Part shown: one piece after another, positions 11,508 through 24,500 of the stretch
Layout of the letters: each line of letters begins with the position of its first letter
Position numbering within the stretch: position 1 is the first letter of the stretch
NCBI RefSeq assembly: GCF_004010195.1
Contig: NC_057719.1
Location: forward strand, 68,103,873-68,167,872
DNA length: 64,000 nucleotides
Direction: 5' to 3'
Source: Chiloscyllium plagiosum
Lineage: Eukaryota
The notes under the pieces: model-generated
What the model was told of the DNA's origin: nothing
Database searches by the model: none
What the model saw: the letters and a program-made list of their open reading frames with translations, nothing else
Program-made: the position numbers and the translations under genes

Positions 11508-14317
11508 CTATTGGAAGCAAGTGTCAATTAAGTCCTCTCTAGTTTGTTGCACCCGACACTGAACTACTCTATCATGGTGAGTGTAGTGTTCTTCATTAAC
11601 ACGGTTGATTGGACGGCTTGTTTGCAATGCAGAGTGATGTAAATAGCGTGGGTTTATTTCCCGCACTGGCTCACGTTACCATGAAAGACTCTCCTCAACT
11701 TGTCCCCTTACTGGAGGCGTCGTGACCCTCAGGTTAAACCACCACCAGTCATCTCTTTCTAATGAGAGCAGCCCCATAGTCTGGTAAGACAATGGCAACT
11801 TTCCCTTTACCTCATCTTCTACCTCAGAAGCCTGCCACTACTCTCTTAGCTCTTCACCATCTATAACATTTTCTCTTTGCGTGCTCCAGGTGCACATAGC
11901 AAAAAATATAGATGTTAAGGGAGACGTTGTCTGGATTATCCAGGCTAACCCAAACATCAAAATCTCATCCTTAGGAGGTCTATCATTTACTCTACAATGA
12001 CCCTGGCGGATGCATGGACTACATTATATCTGAAATTTGGCCTCAGTCAGGAGATTGCACAAGAAGTCAGGAGCGATGGTTACTTAGGGTAGCCCTGATT
12101 TTCCAGTAACCATCCTTAAAATGAAACAGGAACATGAGAGTTCTAATGGACATTGGCATTTTGGCAGGTTCCATTTAAATTTCATTTACATCATAGAGCC
12201 CCAACATGAACATAGAACAGTGCAGCATAGTACAGGCCCTTCGGCCCACGATGTTGTGCCAAGCATTTATCTTAATCTTAGATCAACCTAGCCAACATAC
12301 CCCTCAATTTACTGCTGTCCACGTGCTTGGCCAGCAGTTGCTTAAATGTCGAAATGCCTCTGACCACTGCTGCCACTCACGCACCACACTCTGCGTAAAG
12401 AGCTGACATCTAACACCTCCCCTAAACCTTCCTCCAATCACCTTAAAATTATGATCCCTTGTGACAGCCATTTCTGCCCCAGAGAAAAATCTCTGGCTAT
12501 CTACTCTATCTATGCACTACAGTGTGAAAGCCAGCCATTTGGCCCTTCAAGTCTACACTGACCCTCCGAAGAGCTACCCATTCAGACCCACATCCAACCT
12601 TATACCTATAACCGTGCATTTCCCATGGCCAATCCACCAAACCTGCACATCTTTAGACTATGGGAGGAAAATGATGCGACCGGAGGAAACTCATGTAGAC
12701 ATGAGACCATGCAAATTCCATACAGACATTTGAGAATGTTTAAATTTCAATTTCAGTGTAGACCTCTCAGATGTAGTACTGGTGATTACAGATGACCTGC
12801 ACATTGATGGAATGGAATCTTTTTACTTGATAAAGCCAGTCACATTATGATATGGCGCTGATGATATTAAAGCAAACCATGTACACAGGCTAAAGTGCCC
12901 TGCACCTGAGGAAATGCCAGCTGTGTTGCATGACCTTGTTACAGGGAAACGAAGCGAAGCGATGTGCTTTGCCACAAATTAGAATAACAACAGTCTTGAT
13001 GCATTTGTGAAGAAAACAATCCTAAATAATAAAAAACACAAGGAACGGAGTGTGCTGGAAATCAGAACCAAAAACAGAAATTGCTGGGAAAACTCAGCAG
13101 TTCTGGCCGTATCTGTGGAAAGAAAGCACAGTCAATGTCTTGAAATTGGTCACCCTCTTTAATGCTACTCAGTAGACTCAATAGCAGTATTCAAGAAACA
13201 CCTGGACATACAGGAATAGGAAGGGAATAGAGGGATACGGATCCTGTAAGAGAAGACAGTATTATAGTATGAAGGGCAAAATATGTCGGCACAGGCCTGC
13301 AGAGCCGAAGGGCCTGTTCCTGTGCTGTACTGTTCTTTGTTCTTTTGTTCTAAGTCCTAATTAGTCTACCAAAATGACCAATTTATCTAACTGATAGCTA
13401 TTCAGAGCCAAAGCAATTCACACCAAGTTTTGTCATTCACAGAAATTAGATAATTATTGCAGTACACAGTTTCAACAAAAGGCAGAGAAAGATTTCTAAT
13501 CTACCACTATGCACTAAAGCTATATTCCTTCAGAAAACCCAAATTATATACATGCTCATTCACAAAGAACGCAGACAAAAGACAACTGTTCTGACAGCAG
13601 GTGGAAAATAAACAGTCAAGGTAAACAAAATTCTGAAGATCAAAAGTTCAGCGTGGGTTGAAGTATCTCATACTATTCCTCTCAATTTTTAGTACACATG
13701 ACACACTGCAATCTGTAAAGTGAATGTCGGTCTTTAATTTTATCGTTGATCTGGTGGAACTAATCTTTTTTTAATAAAATTCTTTTAAGCTAGATTGTTT
13801 TTTCTCTCTTCCATGAATGGAGGGAGGGAGAGAGTAAGATGGATGCTTTCAGTTTGCAGTTCTGGTGCCCTTGCTCCGACAACAGCATTAGAAACAGCAG
13901 CTCAATCAATCAGACACATTCAGGCAAAATTTCCTTAATTCTAAAATTCTCAGTGCCACTCAGTCTCAAATTCTCTTCCCCACTGTTCCTCAAAAAAAAA
14001 ACATATGACAATATGACAAAAAATATGCAACATTTGATTTCCAAGTTGCAAAACTCTCCTGGTTTTTGACCAACGTAGCAATTCAGCTTCAATTTCAGTT
14101 TACAGATCCTAAAAGAAAAATATGTGGTTGCAAGACCTTCAATTGTGACTTGTTCACCTGGAGATTGCACAGTAGCTACTGGAGGTTGCTGCCATTTTTG
14201 GGAGTCCTGGTGCATTTGTTTCTCCTCAATTTTTCTATTTGTTTGTTGAATTGCAGCCACAGTGACAATAGATGTTTATGTGGCTGGTTCCATTGGTCAT
14301 GGTTGCAATGAACTTGT

Positions 14318-14814
14318 TGAGAAAGTGAGGTCTACAGATGCTGGAGATCAGAGCTGAAAATGTGTTGCTGGAAAAGCGCAGCAGGTCAGGCAGCATCCAG
14401 GGAACAGGAGAATCAACGTTTCGGGCATAAGCCCTTCTTCAGGCATAAGCCCTACCCAGCAGTGGAACGGGCCATTAATTTTAATCAGAGGTGATGTGAA
14501 AAGGAGAGTAGGCTGTACCACAATGTCAACAGCCCCAGTAGGTGTAAAGAGAGACCACACAACCTTCTCTGTTACTTGTTTTAGCTATTAGTTTAGGTTG
14601 GGAGAAGACAGAAAGGCATGTCTGGAATTGAATGACCAGGTCACCCAAAATGTAATGGAGAAATCAGGTGTTTCAGAAATAATAACAGTGAGCCACTTAA
14701 AGTCAAGGACTCTTTACTGACTTCTTCAGGAAGGGCTTATGCCCGAAACGTCGATTCTCCTGTTCCCTGGATGCTGCCTGACCTGCTGCGCTTTTCCAGC
14801 AACACATTTTCAGC
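14318..14814. mobile_element. Short PLE-derived fold-back element with a 271-bp captured insert
   Basis: Inverted arms at ~14318-14442 and ~14730-14814; 14-bp TSD tgcaatgaacttgt at 14304-14317 and 14815-14828. The segment 14452-14722 is the reverse complement of 17479-17749. Confidence 0.92.
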
Positions 14815-16334
14815 TGCAATGAACTTGTGTCAGATTATCATAAGCAGAACAAGTCCTGAGTAAAATTAGTGATCAGCATTCCTATCACACACAAATGTCA
14901 GTGTAGCGAAGTCCTTGAAACAGTGAGACATGGAGGACTCTGACAAGAAGGGCCGTGGGATGCCTTTACTTGGACCTTTTGAGGTCACGGACCTTATTTC
15001 GATGATTGCCACACAAGTCATGTCATTTTGACTGCGCATTTCTACTTGTGATCAGAATGGAAAGTAAAACAGGTTGCATTTTGCAGAGTCACAGACTGAG
15101 CCTAAGGAGACCCTCTAAACCTTCATAGTAGTGTCTTTCTTGCACTCTGTCAGCCCAACAATTCTGGGCTGCCTCATATTTCCAGCCAATTCTCTCTTTT
15201 AAGTCTTAACCTTTCAACAATACCTCTAATGCTGTGCCAACAGGATTAGATGCGAACCATCGTGATACACAGTCTCCCCCACATTGACCCTCCCACAGTA
15301 ACCAACATCCTTCAATGCACTATCTCCCTTATATATTGAGTGACCACCCCGAATCAATGTCTCACCGTCATCCTATCATGCTGCCTCTAATTCCCACAAG
15401 TGACGTCTGCAGTAGTAGCCCCTGATAACCCACCTTAACTTTTGGTGAACATACTAAGGACTGACCGTGACCCACTCCTTCACTGATGTGAAAGGGTTGA
15501 TGAATGACCAGATCTCTGACTAAATACTTTCTGCTAATCCCCTGACTAGTTGTATTGGAACTTTGTAGCCTCTATTGATAGGGAATTACCAGCCGTTGGG
15601 TACCCAAAGCAGCTGATTGACTGCGTCCAAGACCTGGACTCAGATTGGACGCTACCCTAACTGACTGTTAGGACATTTCCTTACTGATGACAGTCACCTT
15701 TGAAACAGAAAAATCAATTTGCTGGAGAAATTCAGCAGGTCTGCCAACATCTATAGACAGAACGTTTAGAATTAATGTTTCATGTCTAATGACCCTCCTT
15801 CTGAACCAACTATTTTTAAAACGACATCCCCTTCTTGGTTTGACAGAGGATTGGCCATTTGGTTGAAGCATATACAAAGTGTCTGCCATATCAGCTTCTG
15901 GCATATGCTGTAGGTGTGACATTGATATAGCATGGTGCCATACAGCAGCATGTTCAGCCCATTGATTGATTGCTGCTGACAACAATGACAAGCTGCCTGG
16001 CTTTGTGTCTGCAGTAAAAGACAAACAAAAGTACTGTGAGCCTCTAAGTTCTGAATGAGATGGAAACGTGCTAAGAGGTAAGGTAAGGCAGGGAAAGTTG
16101 CTGAGAATCTCAGTAGGCATGAAGTGAATGAGCGACAAGGAAGTAGGCAAAGAGCCTTTAGGTGCACCCTGCTCTGATGCATCAGATGCACCTGAGTCAG
16201 CAAGCAAAATGGCCTGGAGGCAGCAATACAATGAAAGGCATCAGTGCATTTCAAAGTCCAGCACTGAAGTGGGTAACTATTTCAAATGAGTCCGAGATGT
16301 GTTATGGTGAGGCTAGTGCATATCTGATGCCTTT

Positions 16335-16456
16335 GAGGAGAGAGTGAGGTCTGCAGCTGCTGGAGATCAGAGCTGGAAATGTGTTGCTGGAAAGGCGCAG
16401 CAGGTCAGGCAGCATCCAGGGAACAGGAGAATCAACATTTCGGGCATAAGCCCTCT
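16335..16456 (-). mobile_element. Short PLE-derived element, same subfamily as 14318 and 17196; hammerhead truncated or mutated
   Basis: gaggagagagtgaggtctgcagctgctggagatcagagctgg...cgggcataagccct; no clear TSD seen. Confidence 0.85.
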
Positions 16457-17195
16457 GTAAGACAAATAACACAGGCGGTTGCTGCTTGTGCATGTTGCCT
16501 GAGAAGTTGGGGATTGCTGGATTAAATGCAGGCCTGGAGGAGTAAGCGGTGAGCTAGAGCTGCTGGTATCCACTCTGACTTTCATGTCAGCAATTGTCAC
16601 TACCTAGTTTCTCTCTGCCATATGGGAGAAGAGCTAATATCACATTATTGATGTGAGGATAGGGAATTAGATATCACTCCATGCAAAGAACTTCTTGCCA
16701 CTCACAATCATGACTCTCATCTCATCATTCAAATATTGAGTGGAAAATCTTAGGTGTCAAGAACCTAATTTTTCTGATCGCGCCATATTTTCCTGACTGA
16801 TTTGCCATCTCCCTATTATCCAAAGTCCTGGAAAATTCCAGACATGAGGACTAATTTGCCAAAGAAATCAGGCACTTTATAGCATTGCACTCCAAAGGAA
16901 TTTGCCTGATTTTCCTTATATTTAAATAAATAGAAAGAAAATTGGTTCAGTGTTTTTACAGTCTAGCATTCTGAATATTGGAAAATTGCCCAGATCAGAG
17001 GGCCTAAGTGATTCAGTGAACTTGGATGCGCATATAAGAAAAGCAACTTTATTAAGTCTGAGGTGATAATCGACTGAAACATGTAATGCATAATTACTAC
17101 AGGCTCCCTTTGAAGATTTGAGGTGGAGAAATTCTCAGATGCTCCTATTTGGTATAATTCATCAAAATGCTTCCTCTGACTGATTCAAACAATAG

Positions 17196-17321
17196 AGGAG
17201 AAAGTGAGGTCTGCAGATGCTGGAGATCAGAGCTGAAAATGTGTTGCTGGAAAAGCGCAGCAGGTCAGGCAGCATCCAGGGAACAGGAGAATCGACGTTT
17301 CGGGCATAAGCCCTTCTTCAG
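17196..17321 (-). mobile_element. Short non-autonomous PLE-derived element, single arm, young
   Basis: 126 bp, nearly identical to the arms at 14318-14814; 14-bp TSD gattcaaacaatag at 17182-17195 and 17322-17335. Confidence 0.9.
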
Positions 17322-17326
17322 GATTC
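17289..17326 (-). ncRNA. Minimal type-I hammerhead ribozyme motif
   Basis: GAATC-CTGAAGA-A-GGGC ttat GCCC-GAAACGTC-GATTC: intact core, 4-bp helix II, ACGT palindrome, perfect 5-bp helix I. Confidence 0.8.
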
Positions 17327-18386
17327 AAACAATAGTCTAAAAGTAAAAGTATTGACTTCTTACAAAACATCAGTTTTTATATTTAATTCAGACAATGCAG
17401 AAGCTTACTGGTTTATGTGCTATTAAACACAATAATTTTTGAAACCCTTGCAATTGTCAGCATGCTCTGTTCTTGTCCAGTCAGTAAAGAGTCCTTGACT
17501 TTAAGTGGCTCACTGTTATTATTTCTGAAACACCTGATTTCTCCATTACATTTTGGGTGACCTGGTCATTCAATTCCAGACATGCCTTTCTGTCTTCACC
17601 CAACCTAAACTAATAGCTAAAACAAGTAACAGAGAAGGTTGTGTGGTCTCTCTTTACACCTACTGGGGCTGTTGACATTGTGGTACAGCCTACTCTCCTT
17701 TTCACATCACCTCTGATTAAAATTAATGGCCCGTTCCACTGCTGGGTAGCCAATTTCCAATCCATTTATCAGCAGAGGACAGTACTTTCATGGCCAATGT
17801 TCTGAAACTCTGACAGTTTTGCTGTTGTGCCTCATGAGAAAATTCCAAGGTCAATACAATTCCATGTTCACATAACTTATACATCATTAATTGCTGGAAT
17901 TTTATTTGGTAGATAATCAGTATTTGCAAACACAAGTTCATCAATTGGATGGTTTGAAATATTTATACTGTGGACTGGTATTTGTGCAGAAGATTAAAAC
18001 GAAAGTTATTTTTTCCTCAATGCTTTGTTTCCAAATAAAGCATCTTTTCTTGTCAAAATTAAAGATTTCACTATGAAAGCATTCCACCACATTATCAATT
18101 GTTATTTCATGCATGAGTGAAGTTCTCTATCAGAATATAAATAGACCAGTTTACTATTTTTTGCTTCGAATGTCACATTCTTCTCCAAGTTCTGTTCTTT
18201 GCAGCAAATTCCATTTGAATTTTGTAATCTTCAGATAATCTAACTCCAACAATAAGATTAGACGTTGGGTTTTAGTATGCCATCCGAACTAAATTTAAGG
18301 CTCAAACAGACAGATTTCTGGTGTCCCAGGGAATCTGGGTTATGGGAGTAGCTGCAAAATTGGAGCTGAAAATTCTAATATGATTA

Positions 18387-18748
18387 CAGTAGAACCTCGA
18401 TTGTCTGAACGAGACGGGCAGGCAGTATTTTGTCCAGATAGTTGATTGTTCAGATAATCGATCTGATCGTAAACAAGCAGTAATTTACGAGTGCCAGTTA
18501 CCTGAACATTTTTCGGTTATCCGGCAATGCAGCCCAAAATGCCATTTAACCAAAAACTGATCTATCGTAAACAAGTGGCAATTTGAGTGCTGGTTATTGA
18601 ACATTTCTTGGTTATCCAACAATGCATAACGCCATCTAACTGATAACTGAATGCTGAGTTGCCTAACTCCATTTTTACGGGAGCTTGAGATCTTGTTCGA
18701 ATAATCCGAAATTCGGATAATTGATGTTTGAGTAATCGAGTTGTACTG
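18387..18748. mobile_element. TcMar/Tigger-like MITE inserted in a CR1 3' tail
   Basis: TA|CAGTAGAACCTCGATT...AATCGAGTTGTACTG|TA: imperfect TIRs with TA duplication; internal ~100-bp tandem repeat. Confidence 0.8.
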
Positions 18749-18919
18749 TATATTAAATGGCAGAGTGGGATCGATGGGCCATATTGTCTACACCTATGAC
18801 TTATGTTCTACAGTGTATTAAAACTGTTGCATCGGATTAAATTAAATAGCTATTTAATTTAATCTAATCACACTGATTCATTCAAATTATGATAGTAAAA
18901 ATTGTGTGTCTTCCTCAAA

Positions 18920-21200
18920 TATTCTTTCCCCTCTCACCTTAAACCTATACCCTCTGGTTGGAATCTTCCACCCTAGGAAAAATGACCTTGGCTATTCACA
19001 CTATCCATGCTCATGATTTTATAAACCTCTATAAGATCAGCCTCCAACACTCCAGGGCAAACAGACCCAGCCTATTCAGCCTCTCCTGTTAGCCCAAACC
19101 CTCCAATCCTGATAGTATCGTTGTAAATCTTTACTGAACCCTTTCAAGTTTAACATCTTTCCCATAGTATGGAAACCAGAATTGAATGCAATATTCTAAA
19201 AGTGGCTGAACCAATGTCCTGTATCAGCCAAAACATGACATTCCAACTCCTACACTCAATGCAATGACCAATGAAGGCAAGTGTGGCAAGTGTGCCAAAT
19301 AGCTTCTTTGCCACCCTGCAGGGCCATGCCATTATGTGTACAAGTCCTGCCCTGGTTTGCCTTACCTCATCTATTATATTCCTCAACCCATTGGCCCATT
19401 TGATCAGGATCCCGTTGTACTCTGAGGTAACTTTCTTCACTGTCCACGACACCTCCAATTTTGGTGTCATCTGCAAACTTATTAACCATATCTCCTATAG
19501 TCACATCCAAATCATTTATATAAAAGATAAAAAGCAGTGGACCCAATATTGATACTTGCCATACACCGTTGGTCACAAGCCTCCAGTCCGGAAAACAACC
19601 CTCTATCACCACCCCATATCTTATCTTCAAGCCAATTTTGTTTGCAATTGGCTTGCTCCTCCTAGGTTCCATGTGATCTAACCCTGCTAACCAGTTTACT
19701 ATGCATAAGCTTGTCAAACATCTTGCTAAAGTCTATATAGACAAACTGGAGCACTCTTCCCTCATCTGTCTTCCTTGTCACCTCTTCAAAAAACTTAACC
19801 ACGTTAGCAAGACATAATTTCCCACATACAAAATCATGTTGACTATCCATAATCATTCCTTGCCTTTCCAAATTCATGTAAATCTTGTCCCTCAGAATCC
19901 CCTCCAACAACTTACCCATCATTGATGTCAGGTTCACTGATCTATAGTTCACTGACTTTTCGTTACCACCTTTCTTACGAACACATTAGCCAACCTCCAG
20001 TCTTCCAGCACTTCACTTATCACTGTGGATAATACAGATATCACAACAAAGAGCTCAGCAATCTCTTCCCTAGCTTCCCATAAGATCCTGGGATACACCC
20101 GATCAGGTCCCAGGGATTTATCTACCTTTATGCGGATTAAGACCTCCAGCACCTTCGCTTCTGTAACATCAACACTTAAGACATCACAATTTATTTCCAT
20201 AAAATCCCTCGCTTCTAATGTCCTTCTCAACAGTAAATACTGACATGACATATTTGCTTAACGTCTCACCTATCTCCTCTCATTTCTCACGTAGAGTGCC
20301 TCGTTGATCTTTAATGGGTCCTAGTTGATCTTTTTCCCTCAATGAATTTTGTAGAATATAGTTAGATTCTCCTTAACCCTATTTGCCAAAGTATCTCATG
20401 TCCCCTTTTTGTCCTCCTGGCTTTCCTCCAGGATACTCTCAATGCTCTGATAGTCCTCTAGGAATTCACTCAATTCCAGCTGTCATTACTTGACATCTGC
20501 TTCCTTCTTTTTCTTGACCAGAGGCTCAATTTTTCTAGTCATCCAGCATTCTCTACACCTACCAGCCTTGCCCTCCGCACTAACCGGAACATAGTGTCTC
20601 TGAACCCCTGTTTTCTCATTTTGAAGGCCTCCCACTTTCCAACTGTTCCTTTACCTGCAAACAGCCTCGCCCAATCATTTTTTGAAATTTCCTGCCTAAT
20701 GTTGTCAAAATTGAAAATTTAAATTTCAGATCAAGTCTATTCTTTTTCATAAATATTTAAAAACTAGTAGAATTATGATCACTTGCCCTAAAGTGCTCTT
20801 CCATTGACACCGCAATCACTTGCTCTGCCTTATTTCCCAAGAAAAGGCCAAGTTTTTCTCCTCTCTATTAAGTACATCCACATGTCAAGAAAATTTTTTG
20901 GTACACACTTAACAACACTATGCCAGTCTCAGTCTATGTTTGCAGTTATATATTCAATGATGGCATATCCACAATCTAACATCTAATCATATGATTAGAT
21001 AACCAGCAACGTAACAATAGTAATGTTTTCTGATCTGAACTGACTATCATCTTCCACTGGCTGCAAATGGTCATGAAGGAGAGGTCACATCCAGAGAGAT
21101 ACCACCTCTGTGAGCTTCAGTACTGAAATAGAACTAGTAAATCCTTATCTTCTCCCTCCATTTTAAAAGCTTCCATTTCAATAAGCTGAGTCAGCTGACT
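18920..21200 (-). mobile_element. Decayed CR1 LINE ORF2
   Basis: NYRSVNLTSMMGKLLEGILRD, YIDFSKMFDK, GPLLFIFYINDLD, KFADDTKIGG, GPDRVYPRILWEAREEIA; many stops. Confidence 0.9.
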
Positions 21201-21257
21201 GAGGGATAGTTATCAGTCAATCACCTAAGCTCAATATATGTAACTAGTGTGAGTCAT

Positions 21258-21575
21258 GATTAGATTAGATTCCCGACAGTGTGGAAACAGGCCCTTCGGC
21301 CCAGCCCAGTCCACACCGACCCTCCAAAGAGTAACCCACCCAGACCCATCTCCCTCTGACTAATGCACCTAACACTAGGGGCAATTTAGCATGGCCAATT
21401 CACCTGATCTGTACATCTTTGGACTGTGGGAGGAAACTGGAGCACCCGGAGGAAACCCACACAGACACAGGGAGAACTTGCAAACTCCACACAGACAGTC
21501 ACCCAAGGCTAGAATTGAACCTGGGATCCTGGTGCTGTGAGGCTACAGTGTTAACCACTGAGCCAACGTGCCACT
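21258..21575 (-). mobile_element. HE1-type SINE
   Basis: Same consensus in reverse, with an (attag)n tail. Confidence 0.87.
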
Positions 21576-21599
21576 CATCTCAGCTCTGTTTCAGAGACT

Positions 21600-24500
21600 G
21601 CCTGTTGAAAGCATGCAACCAGTAAGCTGCGAACAGATATCACATCTGGTGTGAGACACAGCCTGAGTGAATATACAGTTCAGGGAATTTGAAAAAAAGC
21701 ATGGGAATTCAGTGCAGAAGGGAAGATGTGTTTTTCGCTTGCAATTTTGGTTCCTCGTTTATAAGGTCTTTTATAGGATAAATTGAAGCTCAGATTCAGG
21801 ACACAAGCACAAAAGAAAGAGCGACAGCAAAGGAAAACATAAATTTGTTAGTTGGTAATAGCAACCAATTTGACTCTATTATAGTTTACTTTCAAATGAA
21901 AGATAAACAGGAAATGTATAAATGTTACAAACTAAAAGACCAGCAGAAAATGTTTAAAAATCACATTAAGAACTAAGTAAATAAAACGGAGATGCAGGGT
22001 GAGGTGATTTGTTGTACCTGCATGATGTGGGAGCGAGTGAATGCCGTTGAAGCTCATAGTGACCACATCTGTAGCAAGTGTTGGTTGCTTGATGAACTTC
22101 AGCTCAGAGTTGATAAGCTGGAGCCTGAGTTCCGAACACTGACACATCATGGACAGGGAGACTTAGCTATACTCTGTGTTCCAGGAGGCAGACACACCCC
22201 TTACATTAACTACCTTGAATTCAGTCAGTGGTCAGGGACAGGAGGGTGTAACTACAAGCAAGGCAGATGGAGGGATTCAGGAGCTGAAGGAGCCTTGAGC
22301 TTGTTTAATAGTTTTGAGATTCTTGTTCCATGTGGGGATGATAGCGGGGGCTGAAGGAAGGATGAACAAATTGACTGCACCACCATGGGACAGGGAGTGC
22401 CATTAAAGAGGGGAGAGAAAAAAAAATGTAGTTGTAATCAGGGATGTATAGTCAGGGGAATGGATACTGTAACCTGTGGCCAGGATTGAGTCCCAAAGGC
22501 TGCGTTGCCTGCCTGATGCCAGAGTTCGGGTGATATTATTTGGGCTGCAGGGAAATATTCAGTTATTGCAGCTCAGGTAGGTACCAATAATATAGGTAGA
22601 AACAGGAAAGAGGTTCTGCTGAGGGTATATGAGCAGTTAGGGACTAAATTAAAAAGCAGAACCAAAAAGTGGTAATCTCTGGATTACGACCAAATCCATG
22701 AGCTAATTGGCACAGGGTCAAATAAATTACAGAGGTAAACACTTAGTTCAAAGATTGGTGTGAGAGAAATGGATTTGAATTTGTAGTACATTGGTCCCAG
22801 CACTAGGGAAGGAGGTAGCTGTTCTGATGGGACAGGCTTCACTTGAATTATGCTGGGACCAGAATCCTGGCAAATCGCATAACTTTGGCTGTAGACAGGG
22901 CTTTAAATTAGACAGTGGAGGGGTTGGGTAGAGTTACATGGAAAATATTTTAATAGGTTAAAAGGGAAGGAGGACCCATCAGAATTTACTGAAGTTTCCA
23001 GATAGAGAGTATGGAGAGGGTCAGAAATCCAATGTCAGGCACAGCAGACAACTATGAGAGACTGGCAGTTTTTAGATTAGAGTGGTGGTGAAAAAGCACA
23101 GCAGGTCAGGCAGCATCCGAGGAGCAGGAAAATCGACGTTTTGGGCAAAAGCTCTTCATCAGTCAAAGCAGGACCCAGGATGTTGTACTTAAGTGGATGC
23201 AGTATATGAAACAAAATAAATTGGCTTGTAGCACAGATTGAAATTGGTGGGTGCAATGTGGGTATCAGAGACATGGCTCTAACAGGATCGGGCTGGAAAG
23301 TAATTATCCAAAGAAACTTCTTTTGAAAGCACAGGCAGTTGGGCAGAGGGGACGGGTTGGCTCGTTAGTAAGAAATGAAATTAAATCAAGTGATAAAAGA
23401 GTCAGAAGGCACAGAATCTGTGTGGGCAGGGTTGAGGAACCACAAAGGGAAAACAACCCTTATGATAGTTATGTACAGGCCCCCTAGCAGCATACAGGAT
23501 GTGAGGCAGCAAACAAATCAGGACATAGAAAAGGCATGTAAGAAAGGCACCATTACAACATTTACGGGAACTTCAATATGCAGATGGCCTGGGAAAATCA
23601 GGTTGGCAGTGGATACCAAGAAAAGGAATGTGTGGAATATCCATCTTTTTTTTTGGAGCAGTTTGTAGTAAAGTCCATGAGGGAAAAGGCAATCCTGAAT
23701 CTGGTTACGTGTAAGAGGCAGACTTGATTAGGGAACTTAAGGTGGAAGAACCCCTAGGGGGCAGTGACCATACTTTGATAAAACTCATCCTGCAGTTGGA
23801 GAGGTAGAAGATGGAATCAGACGCAAAGGTATCACAATTGAGTAAATATAACTCAAAAACATGAGGGAAGAGCTAGCCACACTTGATTGGAAGGAGAACC
23901 TGGCAAGGAAGACAATGGCACGAGCTTTTGGGGGTAATTCAGGAGGCATAGCACAGGTCCATTCTGAGAAAGATGAAACATACTCAGGAGAAGATGAGGC
24001 AACCATGGCTGACAAGCAACATCAAGGACAGTATAAAAGCAATACAAAGAGCATACGATCAGGCAAAGATTAGGAGGAATCATTTAAAAACTGAAAAAGC
24101 AATAAGTGGGGAGAAGATAAAATAGGAGGGTCAGCTGGTCAACAAAACAAAAGAGGATTGCAAGAGCTTTTATTAGTTGTATAAAAGATAAGAGAGGTAA
24201 GAGTGGACACTGGACTACTGAAAAATGAGGCCGCAGTAGTAGTAATGGGGCACAAAGAAACGGCAAACAAACTGAATAGGTACTTTGAATCAATCTTCAC
24301 AATGGAAGACACCAGTAATATACCTGAACTTTAAGAGATTCAGGGACAGAGATGACTGCAGTGGCCATTACTAAGAAGAAGGTGGTGGGAAAGTGGGAAG
24401 GTGAATAAATCATTCAGACAGATGGACTATGTCCCAGAGTCCTGAAGGAGATAGCTGAGCAGATTGTGGATGCATTGCTGGTGATCTTTCAGGAATCACT

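Noticed and set aside
15668..16347. Overlapping 160-187 aa ORFs
   Set aside because: No recognisable protein motif; partly overlap a PLE-derived repeat; no supported splice structure.
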